From assembly GCA_043228905.1 (NCBI GenBank), contig JBHGNT010000005.1, positions 19,716,001-19,780,000 of the forward strand: a DNA stretch of 64,000 nt, read 5' to 3'. The number at the start of each line of letters is the position of its first letter. Positions within the stretch are counted from its first letter, which is position 1. This document shows positions 1 through 12,758 of this stretch, one piece after another. The notes below the pieces were generated by a model. That model was not told the DNA's origin and did no database searches. It saw only the letters and a program-made list of their open reading frames with translations. Origin of the DNA: Azolla caroliniana. Its lineage: Eukaryota > Plantae > Polypodiophyta. The translations under genes and the position numbers were made by a program.

Positions 1-457
1 GTAACCTACTTTTAGGTTTGCCCTTAATCTTTGAATAACCACCATCTAAATTTCCCTGGACCTTGAGCAACCACTATCCAAGTTCCCCCCCCCCCCCCCT
101 TGATCTCGAGTAATCCACATCCAGATTTTTCATTAATATTGAGAACATGCATCCAAAATTTCCCTTAATCTAGGCATATACATGAGCACCAACATCAAAG
201 TTTTTGGTGTCAATCTAGCCATATCGGAATAACATGAAGCAAATCTTGCCTCAATAATTCATTATTTATATCAATCCCTAACAGATTTCGAAGCATTTTC
301 TACCTTCTTACTTTATATTTGAAGTTCGATTTATATATATATATATATACATCTTAGTTCTTTATATTCAAGGTGCATATATACACACATATATATAACA
401 TATTTTTTCTGTTTTTTTCTTTCTGAAGCTGTGGCTTTAACCTGGTTTTCTGCCCTT

Positions 458-1531
458 ATGGGCAAGGGCAAAGGCAAGACAGATGGAGTTACTTTACCCA
501 GTTTGATTTACTATTGCTCTATTTTAACAAGAAATTCTCATATAAAAATAGCCGAGTATATCAATGGTGGCGATAAAGAACTGCCTCAGATTGTGTTGAA
601 ATGTCTCAATTTCTTACCCCCTCATCATGATAAGTTTAGCTTTACAGCAAACACAAGAACTCTTGCGTGTATTATCGAGGATCGATTCCTCTATTGTGCC
701 ATAACAGATGAAGCTTTGAGTAGATCGAAAGTCATGGGTTTCTTAGATGACATCAGGCATGAGTTCCACTCGAATGCCGAAGCTAGCAGGAAATTTAGTA
801 ATATGATGGATCAAAATAAGATAAAAGCCCATTGCTTGGATCTGGAGTTTAAACCTATATTTAAGAGTCTCATAACGCCATTCGTTGGGATTCCACAACG
901 AGAAAAGATCCGTATCGAAGAGGAATCTCGAGCTCGAGCTCGAGCTGAAGCTCAAGAAGCTCAACAAATTCAGTTAGCCCTAGAAGCTCAGCAAACTCGA
1001 CAAGCTCATCAAAGTCATGATCATGATGATCTAGAAGTTGGGCTACAGAGTTATTTGCAACAGTCATCACATGAGTACGAAAATTATAACCCTTCTCCAG
1101 CAGATAAAAGTCCCCCAGGTTCAGCCTCGCCTTCGAGACCCTTGATAGGAAAAGAGGGCAATTGGAAGCATCCTAAGCAAAAGCAGAATCGAACGAAATC
1201 CAAAGTGGCAACTAGAGATAGTGGTATCCTCACTATTAATGTAGCGGAGAACAAGGAGAAAGGGAACAGTGACCACCACCAAGACAATGATGATGATGAT
1301 GATGATTGTGTGAATATAATGCGAGGAGAAGTAATCAATTGGCAAGCCCCAACGAGTCTTCCAATACGCAAATTCGGGAGCATGAATAGTAGATGTGAAC
1401 AACCAGTGATGACCCAGAGAGCATGTTCTAGAAACCTAAAGCTTGTCCTTCTCTTTGATGCCATTGCTTGCATGATCCTATTTGTCGTATGGCTTGGAGT
1501 ATGTCAAGGACTTAGTTGCACCCGAGGATAA
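458..1531 (+). CDS. PHYL: Phytolongin (non-SNARE longin-domain protein with C-terminal TM anchor)
   Basis: N-terminal longin-like domain (LIYYCSI..IAEY..PPHHDKFSFT..FLYCAITDEAL..FLDDIR), disordered linker, C-terminal TM VLLFDAIACMILFVVWLGVCQGLSC typical of phytolongins. First ATG at 458; the ORF track starts at a GTG at 431. Confidence 0.85.
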   Translation: MGKGKGKTDGVTLPSLIYYCSILTRNSHIKIAEYINGGDKELPQIVLKCLNFLPPHHDKFSFTANTRTLACIIEDRFLYCAITDEALSRSKVMGFLDDIRHEFHSNAEASRKFSNMMDQNKIKAHCLDLEFKPIFKSLITPFVGIPQREKIRIEEESRARARAEAQEAQQIQLALEAQQTRQAHQSHDHDDLEVGLQSYLQQSSHEYENYNPSPADKSPPGSASPSRPLIGKEGNWKHPKQKQNRTKSKVATRDSGILTINVAENKEKGNSDHHQDNDDDDDDCVNIMRGEVINWQAPTSLPIRKFGSMNSRCEQPVMTQRACSRNLKLVLLFDAIACMILFVVWLGVCQGLSCTRG

Positions 1532-2639
1532 TAAGTCTCGCAATTAAGGGGTAACACATTTGGAAAGTAATGCCTGAGTATCAGTTTAGCATTATTATCC
1601 TTGTTAAGCTGACAGAGCTTCCCATGTAAGTTGTATATGGTGTATAGATGAATGATCAAAGGTTGTCCATAAATCAACAAAGCGTCTAAAATTCGTCTCG
1701 AACCAACAAGGTATATTTCAACCATTTTGGAGGCATTAACATGTATCTAAAGGATGTGCTTGGTGTTTTGTGGCCCTTATATCTTGTTAAAACCCCAATT
1801 ATGCTTTGAAATCGGGTACTTTGAAATGTAAATAGTTTGAGATTGTTTCGACAATGCTCACAATTGTGTTAATGTTATGTGTAATAAGATATTGTTGTAT
1901 ACAGCAATTACCAACATATACATAATTTCTATTCCAAATATTTCTCAATTACAAAACATTGATTTGAGGTGTACACATTATAATGGATAGAGTGTAACAT
2001 TAAATGTAAAAGCATAAGCTTTGTTTTTAATGCCACCTACTTAAACAATTAATTGGATATTTATGAATTCCCACATTTATTATTCTCCAATGATTAAATT
2101 TTGTTTACTTATTCATGGACTCAAGTTGGAGTCAAGCTTCCACATGGTTACAGGGAATCTGAAATACAAGCAAAATACAAAGAAATCTACTAGTATCATG
2201 ACATCCTCAATTCTTTGGACTTTGTTGAGACAAATTGGAATCCTCACAAATGTAATAAATATACTTTCACGTTGATGTGTTCTCTTGTTATACTTTTGAC
2301 AATCAATATAGCATAGTAAAAGACAATAGCATATCTACAAGTATCATACAGTGAAAACTTTGGGAATGATAAGCCCAATGAGTACCTGGATGATGTGTTT
2401 CACACATTTGAAAAGCAGTTAATTGTTGCCATCTACCAGTGCATTCACGAATACAAGATTGAGATAGCCAATACATGTGGATCACCAGGTATAAACCAAA
2501 CATGTCCATGCACAAGAAATGCATCATACTTTTACAAGATTATTCACTTTTACGAGCATACACAACCTTGTATTGATGAGGTCAATAACACTAGATCTGA
2601 TGTCAAATTGATAAGATCTGGATAGCTTTTGTTTGGAGT

Positions 2640-3330
2640 CTGGACAGAGCTAGGATTAACCAAAATCTGTCAAATTCTTGGATCCAAATTTATGGCTTCA
2701 TTGAAACATGGATAGCTTTGGGCATAAACCTCGGGTTTATTATTATGCATCAATATATAAAATATGGCAACAGATCCTGCTGCCAAGTCAATATAGAACC
2801 TTATGGCTTCATTTGACACATTCCCAAGTTTGGGAATGACATGACGGTTTCAATTTGACACATTTTCAGCTTTGGAAAAGACATGATTTGTGTATAGAGC
2901 TAGGGTTAACTGGTGTCAATCAATACATTTGACATGTCGACATATCCCACTGTCAGATCTGGATGACATCCATCAATTCCTTTGACATGGTTACCTATTC
3001 CTCCACCAAATCTGTATCCACATTTATGGCTTCATTGAAACATTCCCATGTCTGAATAGCTTTGGACATAAACCTAGGTTTATTATTATCCATCAATATA
3101 CAGAAGATGGCAACAGATCCTACTGCCAAGTCCATATAGAAACTTATGGCTTCATTTAACACATTGTCAAGTTTAGAAAAGAATGACGGCTTCATTTGAC
3201 ACATTGTCAGGTTTCTAAAAGACATAATTCATACATAGAGCTAGGGTTAACTGGCATCAATCAGTACATTTGACATGTCAACATATCCCACTGCCAATTC
3301 CGGATCCAAATTTAGGGCTTCATTAAAACA
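2640..3330. repeat. Degenerate tandem duplication (~345-bp unit) of the PPR gene 3' end, with shorter E-motif-derived sub-repeats
   Basis: 2660-2962 aligns by eye with 3005-3305. agagctagggttaactgg..tacatttgacatgtc..catatcccactg occurs at ~2896 and ~3237; the ggatccaaattta(t/g)ggcttcatt motif recurs. Confidence 0.8.
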
Positions 3331-5832
3331 ATGCTTCGCTAGTTCCCGATTGCCATATATTCTACAAGCAGTGAACAAAGACATCCACCCAGATAAATTG
3401 GGTACGCCCTGCATCGTACACAATACCTCTTTTGCTTCTGCCAGATGCCCTGCCCGACACAGAAGATCGATCATACCATTGCAATGTTCGACAGTAGGCG
3501 TGAAACCATACTCGACTTGCATGGTATGGAAGTATTTATAGCCCTTTTCCACTGACCCCGAATGGCTACAAGCCGCAAGTATACTTGTATATATTTGTTC
3601 GTCTGGCCTCACACCCTCATCCTTCATTTCCTCAAAACATTGCTCAACTAGGCTTAAGCTCCCTTGAAGAGCATAGCCAGACATAATCGCTCCCCAGGAG
3701 GCAACATTTTGGGCGGGCAATAATTTCTGAGCTGAGTGAAGGGCATTGGTTTTCACATACATATCAATGAGAGCACCTTCAATAAGAAGAGTTCCTTCAA
3801 GCCCATTTTTGACAAGCAAATCATGGGTTAATTTACCTTGTTCTGTTGCCCCAACATTGGAACATGTTTTGAGTATCGATAGGAATGTCACTTTGTCAGG
3901 GTGGATGTGTTTTTCTTGCCTTAATTTCTCGAAAAGTTCAATGGCTGATATCTCGAACCCATGCCAGGAAAAGCCAGAAATCATTGAGTTCCACGATACT
4001 GTATTTTTATTTGGTAACCCCTTGAATACCTTCTCAGCTTCTTCGAGGTGTCCAATTTTCATGTACATGTTAATAAGCGAATTTCCTATGACCACATCAA
4101 AAGTGACCCCATCTCTGATCATCCAATCATGGAAGATTTTACCTTCTGCCATGGCATTCAGATCAGTGCATACCTTGAAGATATTTGTATATGTAGTTTC
4201 ATCTGGTCTTGGACCTTTTCGATGCATGCACTCAAAAAGCTCAAAAACTTCAAAACCGTGTTTATGTTGAGCATATCCTGTTATTATTGCATTCCATATG
4301 CATAATTTTGGATTTAAAACATTCTCAAACACTCTTCTTGCTGCTCTAAAACAACCCAATTTCATGTACATATCAATGAGGGTGACTTGGATAAGTGTAT
4401 CCGATTCCAACCCATCTTTGACCACCTTATTATGCATCCAGTTTCCTTCTTCCCTTGCATCTATCCTTCCACAAGCTTTAAGTATACACATTAATGTTAT
4501 CTTGTTAGGGTCAACTTGATCTTTCATCATCATTTCAAAGAGGCTGAGGGCATAATATGCATCTTGCTTGTGTTCAGTATAGCCACCAATAATTGCATTC
4601 CATGAGACTAAATTTCTACCTTGCAACCCATCAAAGACCTTTTGTGCCTCATGGATACATCCACATTTCGCAAACATATCCACAAGGGTGCTTCCAATGA
4701 TGATATCTGAATCTAAATTATTCCAGATGACTTTGTTATATATCCACATGCCTTCTTGTATAGCCCCCACATTGCTACATGCTGGAAGCGCATTAAGGTA
4801 AGAGACTCTATCTGGCATAATACCGTCTTTGTGCATATCTGTGAATAGTTGAAGTGCTAAGAGATCATCCCCATACCGAGTGCAACCTGCGATTAAAGAA
4901 CTCCACGAGACCACATCTCTTTGTGAATCTTCCTTAAAAGTCTTATATGCATCCCTTAAACTGCCACACTTAGCATACATATCAATTAAAGAGTTTCTAA
5001 GGACAATGTCGAAGGGAAAACCAGCTTCAATTAGATCATTATGAACCAACCTTCCTTCGTTTAAGACCTCTAGAATACCACATACGTTGAGAATACACGA
5101 ATAAGTCATGTTAGTTGGCACAATGCCTTCTTGATAGAGTTTTTGAAAGCATAGAAAAGCTGGAATATATTGTCCATGCCCTGCATAGCCTGAAATCATT
5201 GCATTCCACGACACAACATCTTTACAACGCAGTCTTTCAAATACATTTTCAGCATCCCGAATGTTACCACATTTCATATAAACATTTAAAAGAGCATTTT
5301 CAACCACTGTTTCCGGCTCAAAATGGCTTCCCATAATATGTCTATGTACCAGAAATGACTGGGCAGACATTTTGAGCAAGCCACAAACTTTCAAAATGCA
5401 TAAGTAGGTCAATTTGTTTGGCCTTATGCCATTACATTGCATTTCAGAAAACAATCGAAAAACACTCTCATGGCATTTTGAAGCTTCATGGGCAGATATT
5501 ATAGCATTCCATGTGTGGATTTCTAGCTTCTTAGCTTGAAAAAACACAAGATTTGCTTCAAATACCTTCTTGTTTTTGGCAAAGATATGGATAAGTCGGT
5601 CATCCAAAATCGAATCATGTTTATTTACAACATCATTGCCAATAAGGAAAAGATGTATTCTTTGAGAAGCTGAAACATCATTCTCTCGAATGGCCTCCTC
5701 CAGCAACTGATACCATTCTTCCTTTGATAAAGAAATGCCTTTATGTACCATTTTTTCAGCATAGGAGAGTGCATTTGTAAGGTGTGAGACGGAAGGGTTT
5801 CCATTGATTTGAAACCCTCTAAGTGTATACAT
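3247..5832 (-). CDS. PLS-class pentatricopeptide repeat protein, E subgroup (no DYW), putative organellar RNA-editing factor
   Basis: Many P-L-S triplets (DVVSWNAMISGY, NSLIDMYAKCG), then P2-L2-S2 and E1 (WMSLFTACRIYGN) with a truncated E2. First in-frame ATG at 5832; the frame is open to 5877, so an upstream exon is possible. Confidence 0.92.
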   Translation of the reverse strand: MYTLRGFQINGNPSVSHLTNALSYAEKMVHKGISLSKEEWYQLLEEAIRENDVSASQRIHLFLIGNDVVNKHDSILDDRLIHIFAKNKKVFEANLVFFQAKKLEIHTWNAIISAHEASKCHESVFRLFSEMQCNGIRPNKLTYLCILKVCGLLKMSAQSFLVHRHIMGSHFEPETVVENALLNVYMKCGNIRDAENVFERLRCKDVVSWNAMISGYAGHGQYIPAFLCFQKLYQEGIVPTNMTYSCILNVCGILEVLNEGRLVHNDLIEAGFPFDIVLRNSLIDMYAKCGSLRDAYKTFKEDSQRDVVSWSSLIAGCTRYGDDLLALQLFTDMHKDGIMPDRVSYLNALPACSNVGAIQEGMWIYNKVIWNNLDSDIIIGSTLVDMFAKCGCIHEAQKVFDGLQGRNLVSWNAIIGGYTEHKQDAYYALSLFEMMMKDQVDPNKITLMCILKACGRIDAREEGNWMHNKVVKDGLESDTLIQVTLIDMYMKLGCFRAARRVFENVLNPKLCIWNAIITGYAQHKHGFEVFELFECMHRKGPRPDETTYTNIFKVCTDLNAMAEGKIFHDWMIRDGVTFDVVIGNSLINMYMKIGHLEEAEKVFKGLPNKNTVSWNSMISGFSWHGFEISAIELFEKLRQEKHIHPDKVTFLSILKTCSNVGATEQGKLTHDLLVKNGLEGTLLIEGALIDMYVKTNALHSAQKLLPAQNVASWGAIMSGYALQGSLSLVEQCFEEMKDEGVRPDEQIYTSILAACSHSGSVEKGYKYFHTMQVEYGFTPTVEHCNGMIDLLCRAGHLAEAKEVLCTMQGVPNLSGWMSLFTACRIYGNRELAKHCFNEALNLDPELAVGYVDMSNVLIDAS

Positions 5833-8799
5833 ATCTTGAATGACCCCATTAGGGCATAACTTAGTCAAAGAAAGCAAAAATTATGGTTTCTTTCACGACA
5901 ATTTTCTTAGAGGGAGAGTGACAAATACCTTGTTTTGTAAACTTGGGTCATCTTTGGATCTATTTCTGGCGCTTTGATCATGATTCTGGCCATGGCAGAG
6001 ATCTAGACAAATGTGGAAATAAATAATTACTAGGATATCCCTCTGCTTTAGACATAATTACCTAAATACACCCCTTCCCTTCCCTTCCCTTGGATCATCC
6101 TTTTTAACCCTAGTTAAGGTAAGTCTTGTTCATCGGAGACCTAATGGCTGTATGGCCGCCCGACCGGCCGATAATTTCTGAGAAGCTACTGCTTGTCCAG
6201 TGTTTCGTCCACCCCCGTCTTTCTCTATTTAAACGAAACTTTCGGTTTTGTTCACAAATTATCCCCAACCAACAAGCAACTGCCCCAAAACTCCGATTCA
6301 CAGTTCTCATCTTTCCCGAACACTTTGTCGTGCAAAAGATGAAAAGAAAGTCCAATGGCATTACCACAACTAATTGTGCTCTTCTACGATGGCCTTTAGC
6401 TAGCCAGGGGGATGAACATGATGCAACTACATTCTCATGGCTCGGAGAGGTCATGATTTATTGTCGTATGTAATGGATTGATGGACTAGATAGAGGATGG
6501 ATGGGCGAAGATAGTGTGGAAGAGAAGAATGGTCATCAGATGTCCTCCCATATAACACCTGGTTGATGATGACATTGACACATCGATGAAGACTAGGGGG
6601 TCTATTGATGGCTCATAGGCTAGTTGACATGGTTTGTGGAGGATATGTTCAACCAAATATCCATGGCCAAAACATAGGTAGCTATGGGTTTGACATTCAT
6701 TTATATGTTCTAAATCGAAAAGGACACCAATTTGACAATAATCACTCAAAAGTTGGACATTGTTTGTATACCTTCTAAAGTAGACACCATATTACTCATC
6801 GTTGATACCCAATGGGATAAACTATTCCTAAATAATTGATTTATCTTTCTTTATTTCATTTTTTTCTTTTAAAAAAAAAACAAACTACTTCCATTAGTTA
6901 AGGCAATGTACATAGGATAATATACAACTCATATATTATAGGCCAACTTGCAGGTCGAAAAGAAAACAACATGTGTAAAGGAAACAACAAAAAAACTCCA
7001 AAACACCACATTATTCGATGAGCATAGCATTACTCGACAACATACCCTCCACGTGAGCCTCATACAACCCAAATTCACCATAGCCATCCTCCACTCTCTT
7101 CTCATGGCAACACCCATCTATATGTTAGGCAAACTTGGAGGGAACAGCCACCGTGGTGGTTGATAATTCCACGTCGCTTTGTCATCCACCATCTACAACA
7201 TCGAAGAATTGCTCCATTTTAGAAGGAACCAAGCTCTAGATTCTTCACTTAGAAGCCTCGAGTGAGACTTACCCTCCTACTAAGAAGCCTCGATGTGATG
7301 TGAAAGAAAATCCACAAAATAACAAGAAGAAATGTATACATTGTCCAGTAGACAATAAAGCTCTTAGAAACACTCAGAGTAAAGAATACATGGTTTGAAA
7401 TGGTATGTCCCCAAGTTGTAGACATTGGAATAGAGATTGTCTCCAGGATTGTTTAAAGAAGCACCTTTCATATATATAATCGCCCAATTGAAGATAATGT
7501 ACCAAAACAATCCATTTCTCACAGATTTTAGAAAGTAAACTGAAACCTTAACTTACACAAAGGGGGCATGCTTCGGTCATGATCAACTATGTGCAATAAC
7601 CACATATTAAATCTTGTTTGTCACATGTAGATTGTGTCATAAACATCATTATTTTTCTACCTCTTGGGAGTTTTCAAAAGGCGAGAAGAAAAAACCACAC
7701 TCAAAAGAGATGGAAATGGCCATTGTTGCTTATTTGTAAACATACAATATGTATACATATATTCAAAAAAAAATTCAAGGGACCTTCATCAACATATTTC
7801 TATGGTAATCATGTCAATTTCAAATAGCTTATGGTCCTTTCACTCCAAGCGACACGCGTTATTTGGTTAGGGGGGTTTTCATATACAACATGGAGAGGTA
7901 TCAAGTCTTGATGCTCAAGAATTTTACTAATGAGCGACACTTTTATAAGGATATTATATCATGGTTTTCAATTATGGGCATACTATTTAAGAATACATTG
8001 ATGCCTCTCACAGAAAAAGTTGCACCCTATGCACCATATGGTACTATACCACGCGATTAAGCTTGAGTTGAATCCTTCCATGGATGTGAACCCATACAAT
8101 TAAAATGAAATAAATTTTAATTTTCTTAGCATGTTTGTCTAAAGCCAAATGCCTAAAATAATTTGCGGTTTGTTTCATTGGATGAATTTAGAAGGAGACA
8201 TATTATATGACGTTTACCAACCCTGGAAAGAAAAATTGTTCCTTTCCAATGAGGCGACTTGCATGAAATTTGAGCACAACTTAAGTCATCTTCTAAAGTC
8301 TTTGGATCCATGCTTTCATATCATTCTCTTGAAACATGCAAAATGCAAAGTGTGGGAGTAACCATGAAAGTATGCAAACCATGCCGCCTTTTGACAAATG
8401 TATAAATTGTATCATTATTAGTGCCTTGATTTTCCATGAAATTTAGGTTTTTTAATTCTATCCATAATAGCCATGACACTCCACAACATCAGGTTCAAGT
8501 AATATGTTGGATCTAGGAACTTCTTGTAGAGCATTCACAAGTTCTTTTTAGTAATTTAATGATCTACATGTCTTTCTTTTGCTTAAATTTTGCCAACTAA
8601 TGTGTGCACATATCACAATGTCTCACATCAATGACTTGGTCATGAGATACTCCTAATTGGAGATGACACAAGTTAGCATCTCTATTGTTATTCCTGTTAT
8701 GACATATTCATATATACTTAGCTATGTCATATATTTCACATTGCTTAAGTTTTCTACATTTTAAGCCGCCACTTCCTCAATTACAACACTAAATTGGGC

Positions 8800-9278
8800 A
8801 AAGCTAACAAATGCAGCGGGAAGGTCCCCTACGCAATGGCTAGCAAACATTGGGCATCTCTGATGAGGTGCTTAATACCTTCTGGAAGGGTCTCTAGCGT
8901 CTCCATGTGCTTGAGAAGATCAAGCTATTTTGGTGGTAGATGAGCCATAACGTGGTCCCAGTTGGCGAATAGCTAGGTAAACGAGGAGGCCTGAGAGCTT
9001 GCTTACTCAGTTTTGCACCTATCGAGATTCTGAGACACTATTTGTGGGATTGCCCTCAAGCTCAAAGGGTCTGGGACAAGGTGACTCATCTCCTAGTTGC
9101 ATGCGATGTGGAAGGGACAGTATCATGGAGCGTACTTGGATCAATCACTCGATTAATAGCTGGACGAATGCCTTCAACGCAGGCAGTTGGTGCTATGAAT
9201 GCACAAGAGGTAAACTCATCAAGACCCATTTTGTGAGAGGCTTGAAGACTGCATCCCCTCGTTTCCGGGAGATTTGGA
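8800..9278 (+). mobile_element. Degenerate LINE (L1-like) ORF2 3' fragment, zf-RVT region
   Basis: Translates with stops as ..EKIKLFWW..HNVVPVGE..C..HYLWDCPQAQRVW, the zf-RVT signature. Cut by an LTR at 9279. Confidence 0.7.
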
Positions 9279-10654
9279 TGTTGATCGCAAGCTTCACCCT
9301 TTGTGTAAAAGAATGTGTGCGGAAGCTTATGCAAAACACAGAACATAGTCGGTTATTTGGAATGCAACAGTTAGGTATACACAGAGAATGGAGATACACA
9401 GCGAGAGAGAGAGAGGCAAGAGAGCAAACAACAATAAACTTCTATTACAAAAAGATGCTTAATGCTCTGTACATACGATGTGCTCAATGACACTATTTAT
9501 ATAAGTTCTCAAAAGGACTGACAGAAGTATTGACAAGTACTTCAATGCTCATGAAAGAACATCTGACTCTAATTGCCTATGTTGGACCTATTTAATAGAA
9601 TAGGTCTACTTGGCATGTGTGACATTCTGGATTGGCTTCCACAACCGCTCTGTCATCTGGATCCAACATTTGTTCCTTCATCCGGCTCTAGTATCCGGCT
9701 TCTTTAGCCAGTCCGGAACCCAGTCTAGAGCTTAGGCTTATCAGGCTAACTGGGCCTAACCAACTGGATCAATTCCGATTTGGCCTACTTGCTTGTCCAG
9801 CTAGTCCGGCCCATGTTGAGCTTGCTCACTCAACACTCCCCCTCAAGCTCAACTTGAGGTCGGTCCATCGTGTTAGATCTAACCAATCCTTCCAATCGAC
9901 TCCTCATGGCATTCTCCCGTCTAGCTTGGGCTCCTCATCTGGTCCAATCTCGCATCCTACGACCCCTACTGTCAATCGCTCATTGACTCGTCCGGTTCTA
10001 TGCACCTCGATCCCTATGGTTAGTATGTCTACTTGTCGAGCCCTTCTTAGTTGGCTCGCTCTCACGACATTGGCACCCCTCGACCCGTTGGTTCCTCCGT
10101 ATCAATGTCGGCTTTGACTACCCTCTCGTATGCTTGGCTTTCATACAAATCGGCTCCCCTGACTCAAACTCCTCAATCGAATCGACTGTCACCAATTTGT
10201 CTTCTACCTTATCTAAATCGGCTGTCTTTGATTCACATTCCTTTTGGCCTTTGACCACATCTGCCCATGTCTTGGTCCTAACCTTCTTCTCTTGGTTGGC
10301 TCAGCCCTTCATCTCTCTCATTTTCGCTACTTCTCCCCCTCAAGTTCAGCATGTCGAGATGCTACAAGCCAAGCATGCTCGAAATTTGTTGCAACTTGTT
10401 CAGGGGAGAGGTTTGGTGAAGATATCACTAGCCTGCCGATTCGTCAGAACATACACAAGTTCGACTTCACCGGAGAGAACACGCTCATAGACAAAACGAT
10501 AGTGCTCCTCAATGTGCTTTGTCCGGGTGTTGAAGACGGGGTTCTTTGCTAATTAGATGTTGTTGAGTTTGTCACGGTATATTACTGTTGGTTTAGACAC
10601 CTCCACATGCAGATCCTTCAATAGCCATTTGAGCTAGATGACTTCACACATTGT
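9279..10654 (-). mobile_element. Copia family B remnant B1: RNase H end, 3' spacer, PPT and 3' LTR (9279-9835)
   Basis: Minus strand reads LAKNPVFNTRTKHIE..DIFTKPL (RNase H). PPT TTGAGGGGGAG abuts a TG..CA LTR similar to the LTR at 50239-50637. Confidence 0.85.
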
Positions 10655-10678
10655 TGTTGGGAATTCGGTCCCTCTGGA

Positions 10679-12758
10679 CATAGTTGTTAAAAAACGTGTA
10701 TTCTACATTTAGAGTACGTTTTAGAATACTCTGAAGTATTCTACACGTATTCGACGTTTTAGAACTGCCATTTTTTAAAATTAGACGTTGTCATGTTGTT
10801 ACGCTCTCGTGTAGGAAACTAAGGCGGAACCGCAAGGGCCCTGGACCGAGGAAGACCCGAAACAGAGGGAGGAGCAAGGTGAAACAATGGGCCGGCAAGT
10901 ACCGGCTACCGGCAAGTAGGTACGCAGTGCTCACCGGGTGAACGATCCTCGACTCGTGCTTGCCAGCTCAACGACTACCGCGGCAGCGTACAAAGAATGA
11001 TCAGTAACACACTCTCGTCTAATTTCATGCCAACAATGGGCCGAGACACACACACAAATACGAAGAGGACTCACAAACAAGGAATTGATTAAGACAACTA
11101 GGCGAATACAATGCTCTTCGAGATTACAACCGGCAAGCCGGTGAGCGACCACGCGCAAACACCCACACACACACAGCACGCAATGGAGCCTTTGTCGAAG
11201 CGCACGGGCTTCTCCCTCGAGCAGAGGCAACCGACCAAAACCTGTAGAGCTCAATGAAGAAAAATTAGAAGATTGCTCGGTTCCTAGTCTGACAACACGT
11301 CATCCTCCCAAAACGCGATAGATGTTTCAGCCATCTCCCCTTTTCTTTTATAGGTCACTGGGGAGGGCCGTCACATCTTGAATACATCATCTTTATTCTC
11401 TGTCCCTTCAGACAGAGATACGCATAGATTTCCTAGCTAATAAATGTGTACTACCTAGTATATTTACATCAGCTGACCTATTCCTAATTATGTACATCTT
11501 ATGAATACTTGTGCCCGCGCATAAGGGCCGGTTCATGCGTCTTATTCATCGATTCCTCCTAAGGACGGTTTTCTTCACGACATCCACCCCCACCAAACCG
11601 TGCATCCATCGGTATGCACCAGAGAGGGACAAATACCAGAGAAAACCAGCTCGCGGTCACTCGTCGCTGTTCGAACCGCCGTCCGCTCCGGTCCAGTCGT
11701 TGTCGTCGTCTGCACTTATTGGGTCCGGTTCGCCTTCATGCTGATTCTTGAAGGCCTTGATCCTCTTCCTGGCTACCGGCACCGCTATCTGTGTCCCGTC
11801 GAGCTCCGCAAGATGGTAGGTGCCGTTGTCATTCGCGCTCGTTACGGCGTAGGGCCCGAACCACCTCCTCGCGAACTTACGAACCACCTTGTGCTGGTTC
11901 TCGAGGCTATTGTCGTACACTAGCACCCAGTCGCCTTCCTCGATGAACACACAAATATGCAGAGGGCTCACAAACAAGGAATCGATTAAGACAACTAGGC
12001 GAATACAATGCTCTTTGAGATTACAACCAGCAAACCGGTGAGCGACCACGCGCAAACACCCACACCCACACAACACACAATGGAGCCTTTGTCGAAGTGC
12101 ACGGGCTTCTCCCTCGAGCAGAGGCAACCTACCAAAACCTGTAGAGCTCAACGAAGAAAAATGAGAAGAGTGCTCGGTTCCCAATCCGACAACACTTTGT
12201 CCTCCCAAAACGCGATAGACGTTTCAACCATCTCCCCTTTTCTTTTATATGCCACCGGGGAGGGCCGTCACATCCTGAATACATCATCGTTATTCTCTAT
12301 CCCTTCAAATAGAGATACACATCGATTTCCTATCTAATAAATGTGTACTACGTAGTATATTTACATCAGCCAACCTATTCCTAATTATGTACATCTTATG
12401 AATACTTGTGCCCATGCGTAAGGGCCGGTTCATGCGTCTTATTCATCGATTCCTCCTAAGGCCGGTTTTCTTCACAACAACGTATTCTACGTATTCAATG
12501 TATTTAGCATGTATTTATCATTTCAAAAAATATTTTCTTCTTTTTGAAAAAAAAAAACTTTAAAATTTAAGAAGTATTTAACGTATTTTACAAGTATTCT
12601 ACACCTATTCTAAGTATTCTACATGTATTCTAAGTATTTAACGTACTTTATCTATAAAATACGTATTCTAAGTATTTAAAAAAAGAAGTTAGAATACTTG
12701 TAGAATACTTAGAATACGTATTGTACGCGTATTTTATGCTAAGTATTTTACAACAATG
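10679..12758. mobile_element. Non-autonomous hAT element (MITE-like) inserted in the A0 LTR
   Basis: TIRs CATAGTTGTTAAAA / rc CATTGTTGTAAAA; 8-bp TSD CCTC(T/C)GGA at 10671-10678 and 12759-12766; ACGTATT subterminal motifs. Confidence 0.85.
10789..12479 (-). mobile_element. Internally deleted Gypsy-type LTR element: truncated 5' LTR (11946-12479), integrase C-terminus, PPT and full 3' LTR (10789-11582)
   Basis: Direct repeats offset by 897 bp; GDWVLVY..KFARRWFGPY..GTYHLAELDG (GPY/F); PPT GGTGGGGGTGGA; 4-bp TSD ACGT. Confidence 0.85.

Noticed and set aside
431-457. GTG start for phytolongin
   Set aside because: An in-frame ATG at 458 precedes the longin domain.
6100-8700. Short ORFs upstream of the PPR gene
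   Set aside because: No recognisable domains; probably promoter plus very old TE debris.
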